From contig JAZSAY010000046.1 of assembly GCA_045602145.1 (NCBI GenBank), forward strand, positions 20,329 through 84,328: a DNA stretch of 64,000 bases, given 5' to 3'. The notes below the pieces were generated by a model that did no database searches, was not told the DNA's origin, and saw only the letters and a program-made list of their open reading frames with translations. Below, piece by piece: positions 7,885 through 17,117 of the stretch; position 1 is the stretch's first letter, and each line of letters begins with the position of its first letter. Position numbers and translations under genes: made by a program. Origin of the DNA: Tidjanibacter sp. GTDB lineage: Bacteria > Bacteroidota > Bacteroidia > Bacteroidales > Rikenellaceae.

Positions 7885-10641
7885 ATGCGGACACTCAGAA
7901 ATATATGCAGATTGGCGACCTTCCTGATGGGAGTTGTTGCACTTTCGGCGTGCGATAGGCTCTCGATGGAGAAAGAGATGTTTCATGTGGGCTTTTCGCA
8001 GTGCACGAACGACGAGTGGAGAGATAAGATGAACCGAGATATGTTGCGCGAGGCTATGCTCTACGACAACATATCGCTCGACATCCGTACCGCAGAAGGC
8101 AACAATGCTCAGCAGATAGAGGATATACGCCACTTCATAGAGAGTGGTGTAGACCTACTTATCGTGTCGCCAAACGAGGCTGTTGCCATAACTCCCGTCG
8201 TGGAGGAGGCATACAATAAGGGTATACCCGTCATTGTCGTAGACCGCAATGTGCTGACAGACTGCTACACTGCCTTTGTGGGTGCCAACAACTACCAGAT
8301 AGGTCAGGCTGTTGGTGGTTACGTTAGAGGTATGCTGCCACGAGGAGGCAAGGTGGTGGAGATTACGGGACTTATGGGTTCTACACCTGCCATAGAGCGC
8401 CATCAGGGTTTCCTCAATGTAGTACGAAACGCAGAGGACATAGAGGTACTCTGTTCAGAGGATGCTATGTGGATTGAGGATAGAGCGTACTCTCAGATGC
8501 TCTCCATACTATCCGAACACGACAACATTGACGTAGTCTTTGCCCACAACGACATTATGGCGTATGGAGCCTATCGTGCCGCCAAAAGTGTCGGCAGAGA
8601 GAAAGGAATAAAATTCCTGGGCATTGATGCTCTACCGGGCGAGACGAATGGTGTGGGATTGGTATCGCAAGGCATCTTTGATGCTACTTTTATGTACCCC
8701 TCGGGAGTGGATGTGGTTCTACGTACTGCACTCGACATTCTCGAAGGTAGGGGTTTTGAGCGCGAAACTACACTCAGCACAGCCATTATCGACAAGACCA
8801 ACGTAAAGGTTATGGAGTTGCAGGGACTCTACATTACCGAACAAGAGGTCAAAATCGAACAGCTCAACCAGCGTGTTGGCGCCTACACTAATGCCTATTC
8901 GAGCCAGCGAACAATTACGCTCCTCAGTATGCTCCTCCTGGCACTCGTAATCGTTATGCTCGTCATCCTCGCCTCTGCCCTAAAATCCAAAAACCGTCTC
9001 AATCAGAAGCTCTTGGAGCAAAATCAGGATATTACGGAGCAAAAGAGTCAGCTCGAAGCACAGCGCGACCAACTCATTGAACTCTCACGTCAAGTGGAGG
9101 AAGCAACACAGGCTAAATTGGTATTTTTCACCAACATATCTCACGAATTCCGCACACCTCTCACCCTTATTGCCGATCCCCTCGATAGGCTCTGCAAAGA
9201 GAATCTCCCCGAGAAGGAAAGGCTCTACCTTATGGGGCTCATCAGTCGCAACGTAAACATCCTACTACGACTTGTAAACCAAATTCTCGATTTTCGCAAA
9301 TACGAGAACGGCAAGTTGCAACTCCACTTTTCGGAGGTCGACTTTTCCCAAAAAGTAGCAGAGTGGAATGACTCCTTTGTACCCATTTTCAGGCGCAAAC
9401 ACATCGACCTGCGCGTGCAACACACGACCAATGGGAACTACTCCATAATACTCGATGAGGACAAGGTGGAACAGATATACTACAATCTTCTATCCAATGC
9501 CTTTAAATACACCCCTGAAGGTGGCGTCATTACGATTATTATAAGCAACTACGAGGAGGAAGGTGCAGCACCTTGCATCCAACTCGAAATGAACAATTCC
9601 GGCGCCTACATACCTCTCGACAAACTCAATCAGATTTTCGACCGTTTCTATCAGTTAGAAGGCAACACCTATGGTTCGGGTATTGGTCTGGCAATTGTCA
9701 AAGCTTTTGTAGAGATGCATCAAGGCACCGTATTTGCAAGTAGCAACCCCGAGAGCGGTACAACAATTACCGTTAGACTGCCACAAATGGAGCGTATGAT
9801 TGAGGGGGGAACACTCGACAACAATACCTACACCGAACAACTCTCCCAAAGCAAGGATACCCACTTCGAAGTGGACGACAGAGATGAGAGTGAGCCTATG
9901 CGCCCACGAATACTTGTGGTGGACGATAACGACGACATCCGCTCTTACATAACTCAGTACTACCACAATGACTACGAAGTCTTTGAGGCGTCCAATGGTG
10001 TAGAGGGGTTGGAGATTGCACGTAGATCTATGCCCGACGTGATACTGATGGATGTTATGATGCCGGGGATGAATGGTTTGGAGTGCTGTAAACGCCTCAA
10101 AGAGGATAGGCTTACCTGCCACATTCCTGTCATAATGCTTACGGCACGCTCGGTAGAAGCACAACGTGCAGAGGGATATCAATATGGGGCAGACTCATAT
10201 ATCACCAAGCCTTTTAGTTCGGATGTGCTCTCGGCACGCATACACAACCTGCTCGAAGCGCGCAGCCGTATGCAAAAGATTGTTGTTGAGGGCGCTGTGC
10301 TCTCGAAAGATGAGATGATAGATATGGACGTAGAATTTATCGAAAAACTCAACGAGTATATCAATGCCAATATGACCAACTCGCAATTAGATGTAGAGTC
10401 TCTCTCGATCAATATGGCAATGAGTCGTATGCAGCTCTACCGCAAAATAAAGATGCTTACAAACTACTCCCCCAACGAGTACCTGAGAGTAGTGCGACTC
10501 CGTAAGGCAAAAGAACTTCTACTGACAACAACGCTCTCCATAGCAGAGATATGTTATATGACAGGCTTCTCGTCACCATCTTACTTTGCAAAGTGCTTCA
10601 AGAGCTTCACAGGCGAACTCCCAAGCAAATATCGTTCGTAG
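7885..10641 (+). CDS. Hybrid two-component sensor-regulator with periplasmic sugar-binding domain (BT1754-like fructose sensor)
   Basis: RbsB-like N-terminus (VGFSQC..DEWR), TM helix, NISHEFRTPL HisKA, GSGIGL HATPase, REC (DVMMPGMNG) and AraC HTH (GFSSPSYF). Confidence 0.93.
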   Translation: MRTLRNICRLATFLMGVVALSACDRLSMEKEMFHVGFSQCTNDEWRDKMNRDMLREAMLYDNISLDIRTAEGNNAQQIEDIRHFIESGVDLLIVSPNEAVAITPVVEEAYNKGIPVIVVDRNVLTDCYTAFVGANNYQIGQAVGGYVRGMLPRGGKVVEITGLMGSTPAIERHQGFLNVVRNAEDIEVLCSEDAMWIEDRAYSQMLSILSEHDNIDVVFAHNDIMAYGAYRAAKSVGREKGIKFLGIDALPGETNGVGLVSQGIFDATFMYPSGVDVVLRTALDILEGRGFERETTLSTAIIDKTNVKVMELQGLYITEQEVKIEQLNQRVGAYTNAYSSQRTITLLSMLLLALVIVMLVILASALKSKNRLNQKLLEQNQDITEQKSQLEAQRDQLIELSRQVEEATQAKLVFFTNISHEFRTPLTLIADPLDRLCKENLPEKERLYLMGLISRNVNILLRLVNQILDFRKYENGKLQLHFSEVDFSQKVAEWNDSFVPIFRRKHIDLRVQHTTNGNYSIILDEDKVEQIYYNLLSNAFKYTPEGGVITIIISNYEEEGAAPCIQLEMNNSGAYIPLDKLNQIFDRFYQLEGNTYGSGIGLAIVKAFVEMHQGTVFASSNPESGTTITVRLPQMERMIEGGTLDNNTYTEQLSQSKDTHFEVDDRDESEPMRPRILVVDDNDDIRSYITQYYHNDYEVFEASNGVEGLEIARRSMPDVILMDVMMPGMNGLECCKRLKEDRLTCHIPVIMLTARSVEAQRAEGYQYGADSYITKPFSSDVLSARIHNLLEARSRMQKIVVEGAVLSKDEMIDMDVEFIEKLNEYINANMTNSQLDVESLSINMAMSRMQLYRKIKMLTNYSPNEYLRVVRLRKAKELLLTTTLSIAEICYMTGFSSPSYFAKCFKSFTGELPSKYRS

Positions 10642-10867
10642 TTACCATCTCAGAACATTGTATTTTCTCGTAATGAGACGGCTGAGACAACACAACGCAT
10701 CTTCTTATATTCCGTAATCGCGTTGGGATGGCATAGGACTTGCCTATGCTATCCCTCGCTTTGGTCCATAATTGCTCAAAAACACTTAACACAACTCTCG
10801 AAGCGCCCTCAAAATGCCTGCCCATATCTCAAACAACCACAAACAGATAGTTCGTGCTCTTCGACTA

Positions 10868-11095
10868 TCAGAAATTCAAATATGATTTCATTTCAGACTT
10901 AATGTTATCAAATACTTCGAGGCTAGAACTATCAGATTTTAAGATATTGATACGTGATTCATATCTTTTGACAAACTTGTCATAGCCTTCCTTGAAGGAA
11001 AGATTAATCAGCAACTGCACCTTTTGTGCAGGGGAAGTATTAGAGTCAATATAGATATTGCAATTATGTAAATATAAATGGTAGATGGATATTCG
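10868..11095 (-). pseudogene. Startless AT-rich reading-frame fragment (probable 3' remnant of a foreign gene)
   Basis: About 75 stop-free codons ending ...EMKSYLNF*, with no usable start near the 5' end; low GC. Confidence 0.3.
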
Positions 11096-11165
11096 CTAAT
11101 AGATGCAAAATAATAATGTCCGCACTTCCGAATGGCTGTGCGGACCTATTATTTACCCATAGCAG

Positions 11166-11489
11166 TTACTTCAAGGTCTGAAGCAGAGCTAAACCCTTAA
11201 CTATGAGTTGATATTTTTGACGGGGATGGCGCGGAGTGTTGGGATAGAGCATTCGGACATAACCATCTGCTATTGCAGGGTTCAAAGAATGCTCCATAAA
11301 ATTCTTTCGATCTCTCAATCCTGCACTTTGCATCATCTCCTTGATTGATAACTCCTTGTCACCTAATACTCGAACCAATCGGATAGTGTTATCGCTGACG
11401 GTTGCCCATAGGACATCTGAACTTGTAGGGGTACTTGTGGGGGTACTTGTGGGGGTGTTGCAGATAATTGGTATCTTTACAGCTCGAAC
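11166..11489 (-). pseudogene. C-terminal remnant of an ATP-binding/Fic-like regulator (TPTS-repeat linker plus winged HTH)
   Basis: Open frame VKIPIICN-TPTSTPTSTPTS-...LSIKEMMQSAGLRDRKNF...YPNTPRHPRQKY resembles the Fic-like C-terminal HTH; an upstream in-frame stop means no N-terminal domain. Confidence 0.65.
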
Positions 11490-11586
11490 TCAAAACTTTC
11501 GCAAAGTATGAAGATTCCAACTGTTAGTATTCACAAACGCAAAGACCGAAGGGTATCAATTAATTTGTAAAGTTGTGATTTTTGAG

Positions 11587-11594
11587 TAACTTTG
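11587..11594 (+). promoter_or_regulatory. Bacteroidetes -7 promoter box (TAACTTTG)
   Basis: TAnnTTTG about 30 nt upstream of ATG 11626. Confidence 0.5.
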
Positions 11595-11625
11595 TGGAAA
11601 TCAAATTCAAAAAACGACTTTCCAA

Positions 11626-12282
11626 ATGAAAGAAGCTGGCTATGTTTATATTCTAACTAATCCGAGTTTCAAAGAGGATTGGGTGAAAATAGGTAAGAGT
11701 TCTCGCCCCGTAGATATCCGCTCAAAGGAGTTGGACAACACCGCGGTACCCCTGCCATTCGAGATTTACGCAACACTGAAAACGGTTAAGTATGAGCAAG
11801 TTGAGAAGCTTATTCACAAGACCATTGACCGCCTGACAGACTTGCGCATTCGCCAGAATAGAGAGTTCTTTAATGTGTCGCCAGCAAAAGCACTTGATAT
11901 ACTGAAAGACATCTCGACAACTCTCGATGATGCCGTAATTGATGAAGTATATTTGGGCGAGCGTAGGAGTGAGTCAAACAAATCTTCAATTTCATCTGCA
12001 CCAGAGTCCAGAAAGCAAAGACCTCGCTTCAAATTCAGTATGGTAAATATTCCTATTGGAGCTACTTTGATATTCGTTCCTACGGGAGTTGAGGTGCGCG
12101 TTGCAGATGAAGACCACGTTGAGTATCAGGGTCGTATATACAAACTTTCGCCATTTGCTGGCACATTTATGCCAGAGGATAAACGCAATACGTCGGGAGC
12201 ATATCAAGGCACACGTTATTTCACATACAAAGGAGAGGTTCTTGAAGACCTTCGTACAAAAATGGAAAAATTGAACGAGTAA
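11626..12282 (+). CDS. GIY-YIG superfamily (T5orf172/MUG113) nuclease with C-terminal RAMA-like domain
   Basis: GYVYIL..P..VKIGKS, R..EL, VPLPF, E..IH and NREFF motifs; C-terminal VEYQGRIYKLS...GTRYFTYKGEVLEDLR. Confidence 0.8.
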   Translation: MKEAGYVYILTNPSFKEDWVKIGKSSRPVDIRSKELDNTAVPLPFEIYATLKTVKYEQVEKLIHKTIDRLTDLRIRQNREFFNVSPAKALDILKDISTTLDDAVIDEVYLGERRSESNKSSISSAPESRKQRPRFKFSMVNIPIGATLIFVPTGVEVRVADEDHVEYQGRIYKLSPFAGTFMPEDKRNTSGAYQGTRYFTYKGEVLEDLRTKMEKLNE

Positions 12283-12306
12283 CAATCATTCAGAGCAAAG
12301 CGACAA

Positions 12307-12338
12307 GTCCCCCTTTGACAAAGGGGGATTTAGGGGGA
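12307..12338. repeat. REP-like palindrome TCCCCCTTTGACAAAGGGGGA-TTTAGGGGGA
   Basis: Perfect 9-10 bp stem downstream of the nuclease stop. Confidence 0.5.
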
Positions 12339-12352
12339 ATGTCAATACTCGT

Positions 12353-12395
12353 ATCACAAAAAAGGAGTCGAAAAAATCGACTCCTTTTTTGTGAT
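12353..12395. terminator. Bidirectional intrinsic terminator after tRNA-Arg
   Basis: ATCACAAAAAAGGAGTCGA-AAAAA-TCGACTCCTTTTTTGTGAT inverted repeat with A/T tails. Confidence 0.8.
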
Positions 12396-12465
12396 CCCGT
12401 TGGGGCTCGAACCCAAGACCTACAGCTTAGAAGGCTGTTGCTCTATCCAACTGAGCTACGGAACC
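12392..12465 (-). tRNA. tRNA-Arg (TCT)
   Basis: GGTTCCGTAGCTCAGTTGGATAGAGCAACAGCCTTCTAAGCTGTAGGTCTTGGGTTCGAGCCCCAACGGGATCA; cloverleaf with anticodon loop CTTCTAA; CCA not encoded. Confidence 0.97.
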
Positions 12466-12654
12466 AATTATCTATGTCGGCAAAGTGGAGGGGTGTGCGA
12501 GTGCAGTGGCTCCGAGCAACTTTGCGGTGGCAAAATTACGACTTTTTTCCGTCTTAGCAAACAAAAATTAGTCATCCGTAACAAATTCCTCGCTATCTCG
12601 CCACAAACCCTCACTCGAGCCGTACTAATCCAAGAACGTGTTGGGCGCAAATGA

Positions 12655-12823
12655 GGCATCAGGGTGATGCTTTTGTGCAGGGATTACTTAGCAATGTAAA
12701 AAACGCATAGAACGGAGGGATTTTTGTGCCAAACGAGAGAGCGAGTCCGCAGTTTACTAAAAGTAAATGAGGAACTCGCTCTTCGAAGTGCGGTGCAAAA
12801 AGCACCCGTTATATGCGTTTTTA
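12655..12823. repeat. Family A structured repeat, copy 1 (long imperfect palindrome, core CCGCAGTTTAC-N5-GTAAATGAGGA), preceded by a GCATCA-GGG-TGATGC mini-hairpin
   Basis: Arms 12697-12752 and 12768-12823 pair; the right end includes the stop codon of the ppiD-like gene. Confidence 0.8.
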
Positions 12824-14878
12824 GAAGAATTTGACGCGCTCGTCTTCAATCTCCGCACCCTCGCTGAGAGCCTGGTCGATGCGCTGGTTGAGATAGTAGA
12901 GCTGGTACGAGTCGAGGCGTACTTTCTCGTTCTCGGCAGTTACATTCTCTGCGGTGGTACGACCGTCAACCGACAGCACGTATACGCCGTAGTTACCTGC
13001 GATGGGGTTCACAACGACACCCTCCTCGGCAGCGGCAATAGCGCCCACGAGTTTCATATCGGGACCTACGCCTACAACGTTGTTGGCATTACCCAGCAGA
13101 GCCTCAACCTCAACAACTTTGCCGTCAATCTTCTCGGCAGCCTCCTCGATAGTAGCAACGCCTGCAACCTGCTCGGCAACCCAAGCGGTCTTAGCCTCAT
13201 TGCGGAGGGTGTTGATGATACGGTTCTTAACCTCTGCGAGGGGCATAGTACCCTCCCTGCGGATTTTGGTAAGGGTGGCAACAACATAGTCGCCATCGAT
13301 ATCCATAGTACCGGAGATTTTGCCCTCTTTGTTGTTGTAAGCCCAACGTACGAGCTCGCGAGCGTCGTCGAAACCACTAACGGTGCGGTCTGTATTGCGG
13401 ATGCGTGCGGTGCGTTTTGCTACGCCGAGTTCGGCAGCAGCAGTTGCGAAATCGCTATCGTTAGCGGCAGCGATGAACTTGTTAGCCTCGTTGGCAGCCT
13501 CCTGAATGGTAGCGTCGCCTGCTACAACCTCGTAGGTGATGGTTGCCACCTGAGCCTTGCGAACACTCTTCGAACGCGAGGTGAGTTGTGCGATGTGGAT
13601 GCCGAACTGACTCTCCACCTTCACAATCTGGTTGAGTTTTGCGTCCAAGAGGGCATTGCTGAACTCGGGAACCATAACCTCGGGGGCGAACTTACCCAAG
13701 TCGCCACCGTTCTGTGCCGAGCCGTCGAGCGAGTATTTCTCGGCGAGCTCTGCAAAGTTTTTGCTATTCTTTCTGAGAGCGTTGTAGAGGCTATCTGCCA
13801 ACTCTGCCTGGTCGAACGAGAGGAGGATGTGGCGTGCACCAATCTCGTCGGGCATATTGCGGATGTCGGAGATGCGAGCCATAGTGTAGGTGTTACCCTC
13901 CAATACGGGACCGTAGAGTTGACCCTTCTTGTTGCCGAAAGCGTAGGGTTTCATCTTAGCGTCAATCTTCTCAGCCGAGAAGTAGGCGTTGTCGGTGGTG
14001 CTGTGGCTGTTTGCGGCAGCAAACTGCAAAGCGTTGTCGGCAGCCTTGAACTCCTCTGCGAGGGTCTCCACAGCCTCTTTTGCCTCTGCAAAGTCAGCCT
14101 CCGAAGGCTCAACGTTGAATACAACGTACTCAACCTCGCGATTTGCGCTCTGGCGGAAGAGGTCTTTGTGCTCTTTGTAGTATTTCTTTACTGCTGCATC
14201 CGAGGGGGTAGCAACGAGCGAGTCGGCGATGTTGTAGTAGGGTTTAACCACTACCTTAGCGTTCGAGGCGGTGTTAGCAGCCTCAACACTCCTTGCAACC
14301 TCCAAGTTGTTAGCCACGAAACCGGCACCTACCAAGGTGGTGAAGTTCGACACAAGGCGCTGCTCGGCAGCTTTCTTCTTGATGTAGTTCCAGAGGTCGA
14401 AAGCCATTTGGTTGCCCTCTACCTGAGCAAGGAAGTTTCTCAGCAGTGCAGGGTCGTAGGTGCGAGTTGCGGGATCCGAGAAGAAGGAGGTGATGACGGG
14501 CGAAAGGAAGCCACCCTGAATCATATCCACAACCTCCTGGTCGGTAACCATAAGACCCAATTTCTCGAACGAGGGAGCGTAGGCGTTAGCCATAATAAGG
14601 TCACTCCAAGCCTCGTTGTAGATTGCGTCGTACTGAGCAGCGTCGAAAGCGCTCGAACCGTAGAGTGCGGTATAGATGTTCTTCACATACTCGGTCTGGT
14701 AGGCGTACTCTTGGTACTCGATGTTCTGACCGTTGATTTTACCTACGCGGTTAGCACGCGAAGTGAAGATGCTGCCGCTGCTGAAAAGGTCGCCAAGCAA
14801 GAAAGCGACAAGACCAAGTGCGATGACTGCGGTTACAAGAACGCCACCTTTGGTCCTCAAATCATTTAATGTTGCCAT
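12821..14878 (-). CDS. SurA N-terminal domain / PpiD-like peptidyl-prolyl isomerase
   Basis: MATLNDLR N-terminal TM anchor; rotamase motif ARHIL...FAELAEKYSLD..NGGDLG..MVPEF. Confidence 0.9.
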   Translation of the reverse strand: MATLNDLRTKGGVLVTAVIALGLVAFLLGDLFSSGSIFTSRANRVGKINGQNIEYQEYAYQTEYVKNIYTALYGSSAFDAAQYDAIYNEAWSDLIMANAYAPSFEKLGLMVTDQEVVDMIQGGFLSPVITSFFSDPATRTYDPALLRNFLAQVEGNQMAFDLWNYIKKKAAEQRLVSNFTTLVGAGFVANNLEVARSVEAANTASNAKVVVKPYYNIADSLVATPSDAAVKKYYKEHKDLFRQSANREVEYVVFNVEPSEADFAEAKEAVETLAEEFKAADNALQFAAANSHSTTDNAYFSAEKIDAKMKPYAFGNKKGQLYGPVLEGNTYTMARISDIRNMPDEIGARHILLSFDQAELADSLYNALRKNSKNFAELAEKYSLDGSAQNGGDLGKFAPEVMVPEFSNALLDAKLNQIVKVESQFGIHIAQLTSRSKSVRKAQVATITYEVVAGDATIQEAANEANKFIAAANDSDFATAAAELGVAKRTARIRNTDRTVSGFDDARELVRWAYNNKEGKISGTMDIDGDYVVATLTKIRREGTMPLAEVKNRIINTLRNEAKTAWVAEQVAGVATIEEAAEKIDGKVVEVEALLGNANNVVGVGPDMKLVGAIAAAEEGVVVNPIAGNYGVYVLSVDGRTTAENVTAENEKVRLDSYQLYYLNQRIDQALSEGAEIEDERVKFF

Positions 14879-14974
14879 ACGTTGAGTTAAGTTTTTATTG
14901 TTATTATTATTTGTTTCGTTTTTGCGTTTTCACAAAATCAGCCTCAAATATAGTGATTTTCTCGATATATGCTA

Positions 14975-16240
14975 TCACAAAACCCTAACTTTTGCCAATT
15001 CTACCCTCGAAGAGGTAGATTTTAGGATTTTTATCTCTCTTCCTTCGCACTCTATGACGGTGCCGACAGCGGGTATACTGCCGTAGTGGTCGATGATATA
15101 GCCCGCCAGAGTGTCGTATTCGCCCTCCTCCGAGAGCCCCAAATCGTAGCGTTCGTTCAAGTACGAAACCTCCAAGCGGCACGAGAAGACCCACTGTTTA
15201 TCTTTGAGCACCTTCTCTACCAACTCGGGTTCGTCGTGCTCGTCCTCAATCTCGCCCACAATCTCCTCCAAGACATCCTCCAAAGAGATGATACCTGCCG
15301 TGCCGCCAAACTCGTCGATGACCACTGCCACGCTCTGTTTCGAGCGTATCATCTCGCCCATCAGTCGCTCGGTAACCATCGTTTCGGGCACATACCTCAC
15401 GGGCATAAGTATATCCTTGATGCTCTTAGGGTTACGGAAGAGGCTTTTAGTAGTAACATAGCCCACAATGTTGTCGATACTCTCCTCCCACACAAAGAGT
15501 CGCGAGAAGGAGGTTTCGATAAAACGCTCGGTGAGTTCCTCGATAGTGATGGTCGCCTCGACAGCCTCCACATCTACCCTCGGAACCATACAATCTCTCA
15601 CTCTCAGATCCGAGAAATCGAGAGCATTTTGGAAGATTTTTATCTCATTATTTTGTGCCTTTTCGCCACCCTCGGCGCTCTCGTCAATAAGGTTTTCGAG
15701 GTCGAGTTTGCCGAAACTCTTAATGTTGTGTTCCTCTCTAACCTTCAATCCCACAAGTCTCAGAATACCAAAAGAGAGAGCTGTGGAGAATTTGGCTATC
15801 GGGTAGAGCACAAGGTAGCAAAGGTAGACAGGCAGAATCAGCGCCCTGAAAAAGGCATTGGGACGCATCTTAAAGACGCTTTTGGGAGTGAACTCGCCAA
15901 GGAAGATAATGACGAGTGTCGATATGAGCGTTTCGACAACCACCGCATCCTCCGCCATAGGCACACCCATACGGGCGGCGAGCAGGTGGATGAGTTTTGC
16001 CATAAAGGTCGAGTAGACCACCAGCACAATGTTATTACCCACAAGCATTGTGGTGATAAACTCGCCGGGCTTGGAGGCGAAGCGCTCGATGATGCGTCCC
16101 ACGACTCCTCCCCTCTTGCGATCTATCTCCATACGCAAGCGGTTGGCACTCGTAAAGGCTATCTCCATACCCGAAAAGAAGGCAGAGAGAGTGACCGATA
16201 CCACCACAATAACTATTACACTGAGCAAGCTCTGTTGCAT
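14975..16240 (-). CDS. Hemolysin-family CNNM/CBS/CorC protein
   Basis: SAFFSGMEIAF, GEFTPK, MVPR, VIDEFGGTAG, EDVLEEIVGEIEDEHD and YDTLAG motifs. Confidence 0.92.
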   Translation of the reverse strand: MQQSLLSVIVIVVVSVTLSAFFSGMEIAFTSANRLRMEIDRKRGGVVGRIIERFASKPGEFITTMLVGNNIVLVVYSTFMAKLIHLLAARMGVPMAEDAVVVETLISTLVIIFLGEFTPKSVFKMRPNAFFRALILPVYLCYLVLYPIAKFSTALSFGILRLVGLKVREEHNIKSFGKLDLENLIDESAEGGEKAQNNEIKIFQNALDFSDLRVRDCMVPRVDVEAVEATITIEELTERFIETSFSRLFVWEESIDNIVGYVTTKSLFRNPKSIKDILMPVRYVPETMVTERLMGEMIRSKQSVAVVIDEFGGTAGIISLEDVLEEIVGEIEDEHDEPELVEKVLKDKQWVFSCRLEVSYLNERYDLGLSEEGEYDTLAGYIIDHYGSIPAVGTVIECEGREIKILKSTSSRVELAKVRVL

Positions 16241-16253
16241 ATACTTCTGTAAT

Positions 16254-17117
16254 CTAATTAGAGGAGCCACCTAACGGGTTCAGCTGGGCGCCTTGATTTA
16301 TCCTAAGACCCTCCCCTTCGCCGTCTTGCATTGTGCGGCGCATCTGGCGTTCCTGCATTCTCTCGTCGCGTTTTTCGGCTCTTTCCCTATCGCGCTGTTT
16401 CTCGCGCGGGCTGCGCGAGGGGCGTTGTTTGGCGCGTCGTTGGCGTTCCTGTTCTTCGAGGTAGCTTTGGGGCTTAGGCTCCTGTCTCTGTTCCTCTACC
16501 ATCTCCTTATCCTCTGCGGCTTCGTCGTTGTTGTCGGCTTTGGGTTGTGGGTTCTCGCTCTGCGAGGCGTCCACCCACATTCTGCCCTCGCTCTCGCGGA
16601 AGAGCCAATCCTTAAACTCCGAGTCGGACTCAAAGCCCTCGCCCACAAACTCGTCATCGCCATCAACAATCCTACAATCTACATTCGAGTAGACCTTATC
16701 GGTCTTTTGGTCCCAAAAGAGTTGCTGTGTGAAGAGTTTACGTCCGTCGGCACCCTCGCCTACAACATTACCTCTTGTTTCCCACAACTCCCTCTTCTCG
16801 TAGAAGATGGCGTAGTCTGCCCTCAGGCGCGAGGCGTCGCCGCCCAGAGAGTCGAAAGTTATGATATTGATGCCATAGCGGAACTCCATATAGGGGTCCC
16901 TGGCAAACTCGTAGCGTTCCATCAGCGGTGTCCAAAAGCGATACTCCTTCACTCCGTTCTTGGTGTAGACCATCGTGAGGGTGTCGCTCTGCTGCGTAAT
17001 CATCGTCTGCAAATTGACCTCCCTGGTCTTCTTACCGCCCGAGCACGAAAACAGCAAGATAGCACCTCCCACAAGAGATGCTACCATTGCCATCTTATAT
17101 ATCTGTTTTAGCGACAC
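16254..17117 (-). CDS. lptC: LPS export periplasmic protein LptC with charged C-terminal extension
   Basis: Lipobox LLFSC; LRADYA, LWETRGNV, LFWDQK and GEGFESD motifs of Bacteroidetes LptC; conserved operon position. Confidence 0.8.
   Translation of the reverse strand: MSLKQIYKMAMVASLVGGAILLFSCSGGKKTREVNLQTMITQQSDTLTMVYTKNGVKEYRFWTPLMERYEFARDPYMEFRYGINIITFDSLGGDASRLRADYAIFYEKRELWETRGNVVGEGADGRKLFTQQLFWDQKTDKVYSNVDCRIVDGDDEFVGEGFESDSEFKDWLFRESEGRMWVDASQSENPQPKADNNDEAAEDKEMVEEQRQEPKPQSYLEEQERQRRAKQRPSRSPREKQRDRERAEKRDERMQERQMRRTMQDGEGEGLRINQGAQLNPLGGSSN

Noticed and set aside
12747-12773. K-turn or hammerhead ribozyme in the family A core
   Set aside because: Lacks the second G-A pair needed for a k-turn and the CUGANGA/GAAA hammerhead core.
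12767-14869. 700-aa plus-strand ORF
   Set aside because: Antisense shadow of the ppiD-like gene; no motifs; explained by codon bias.
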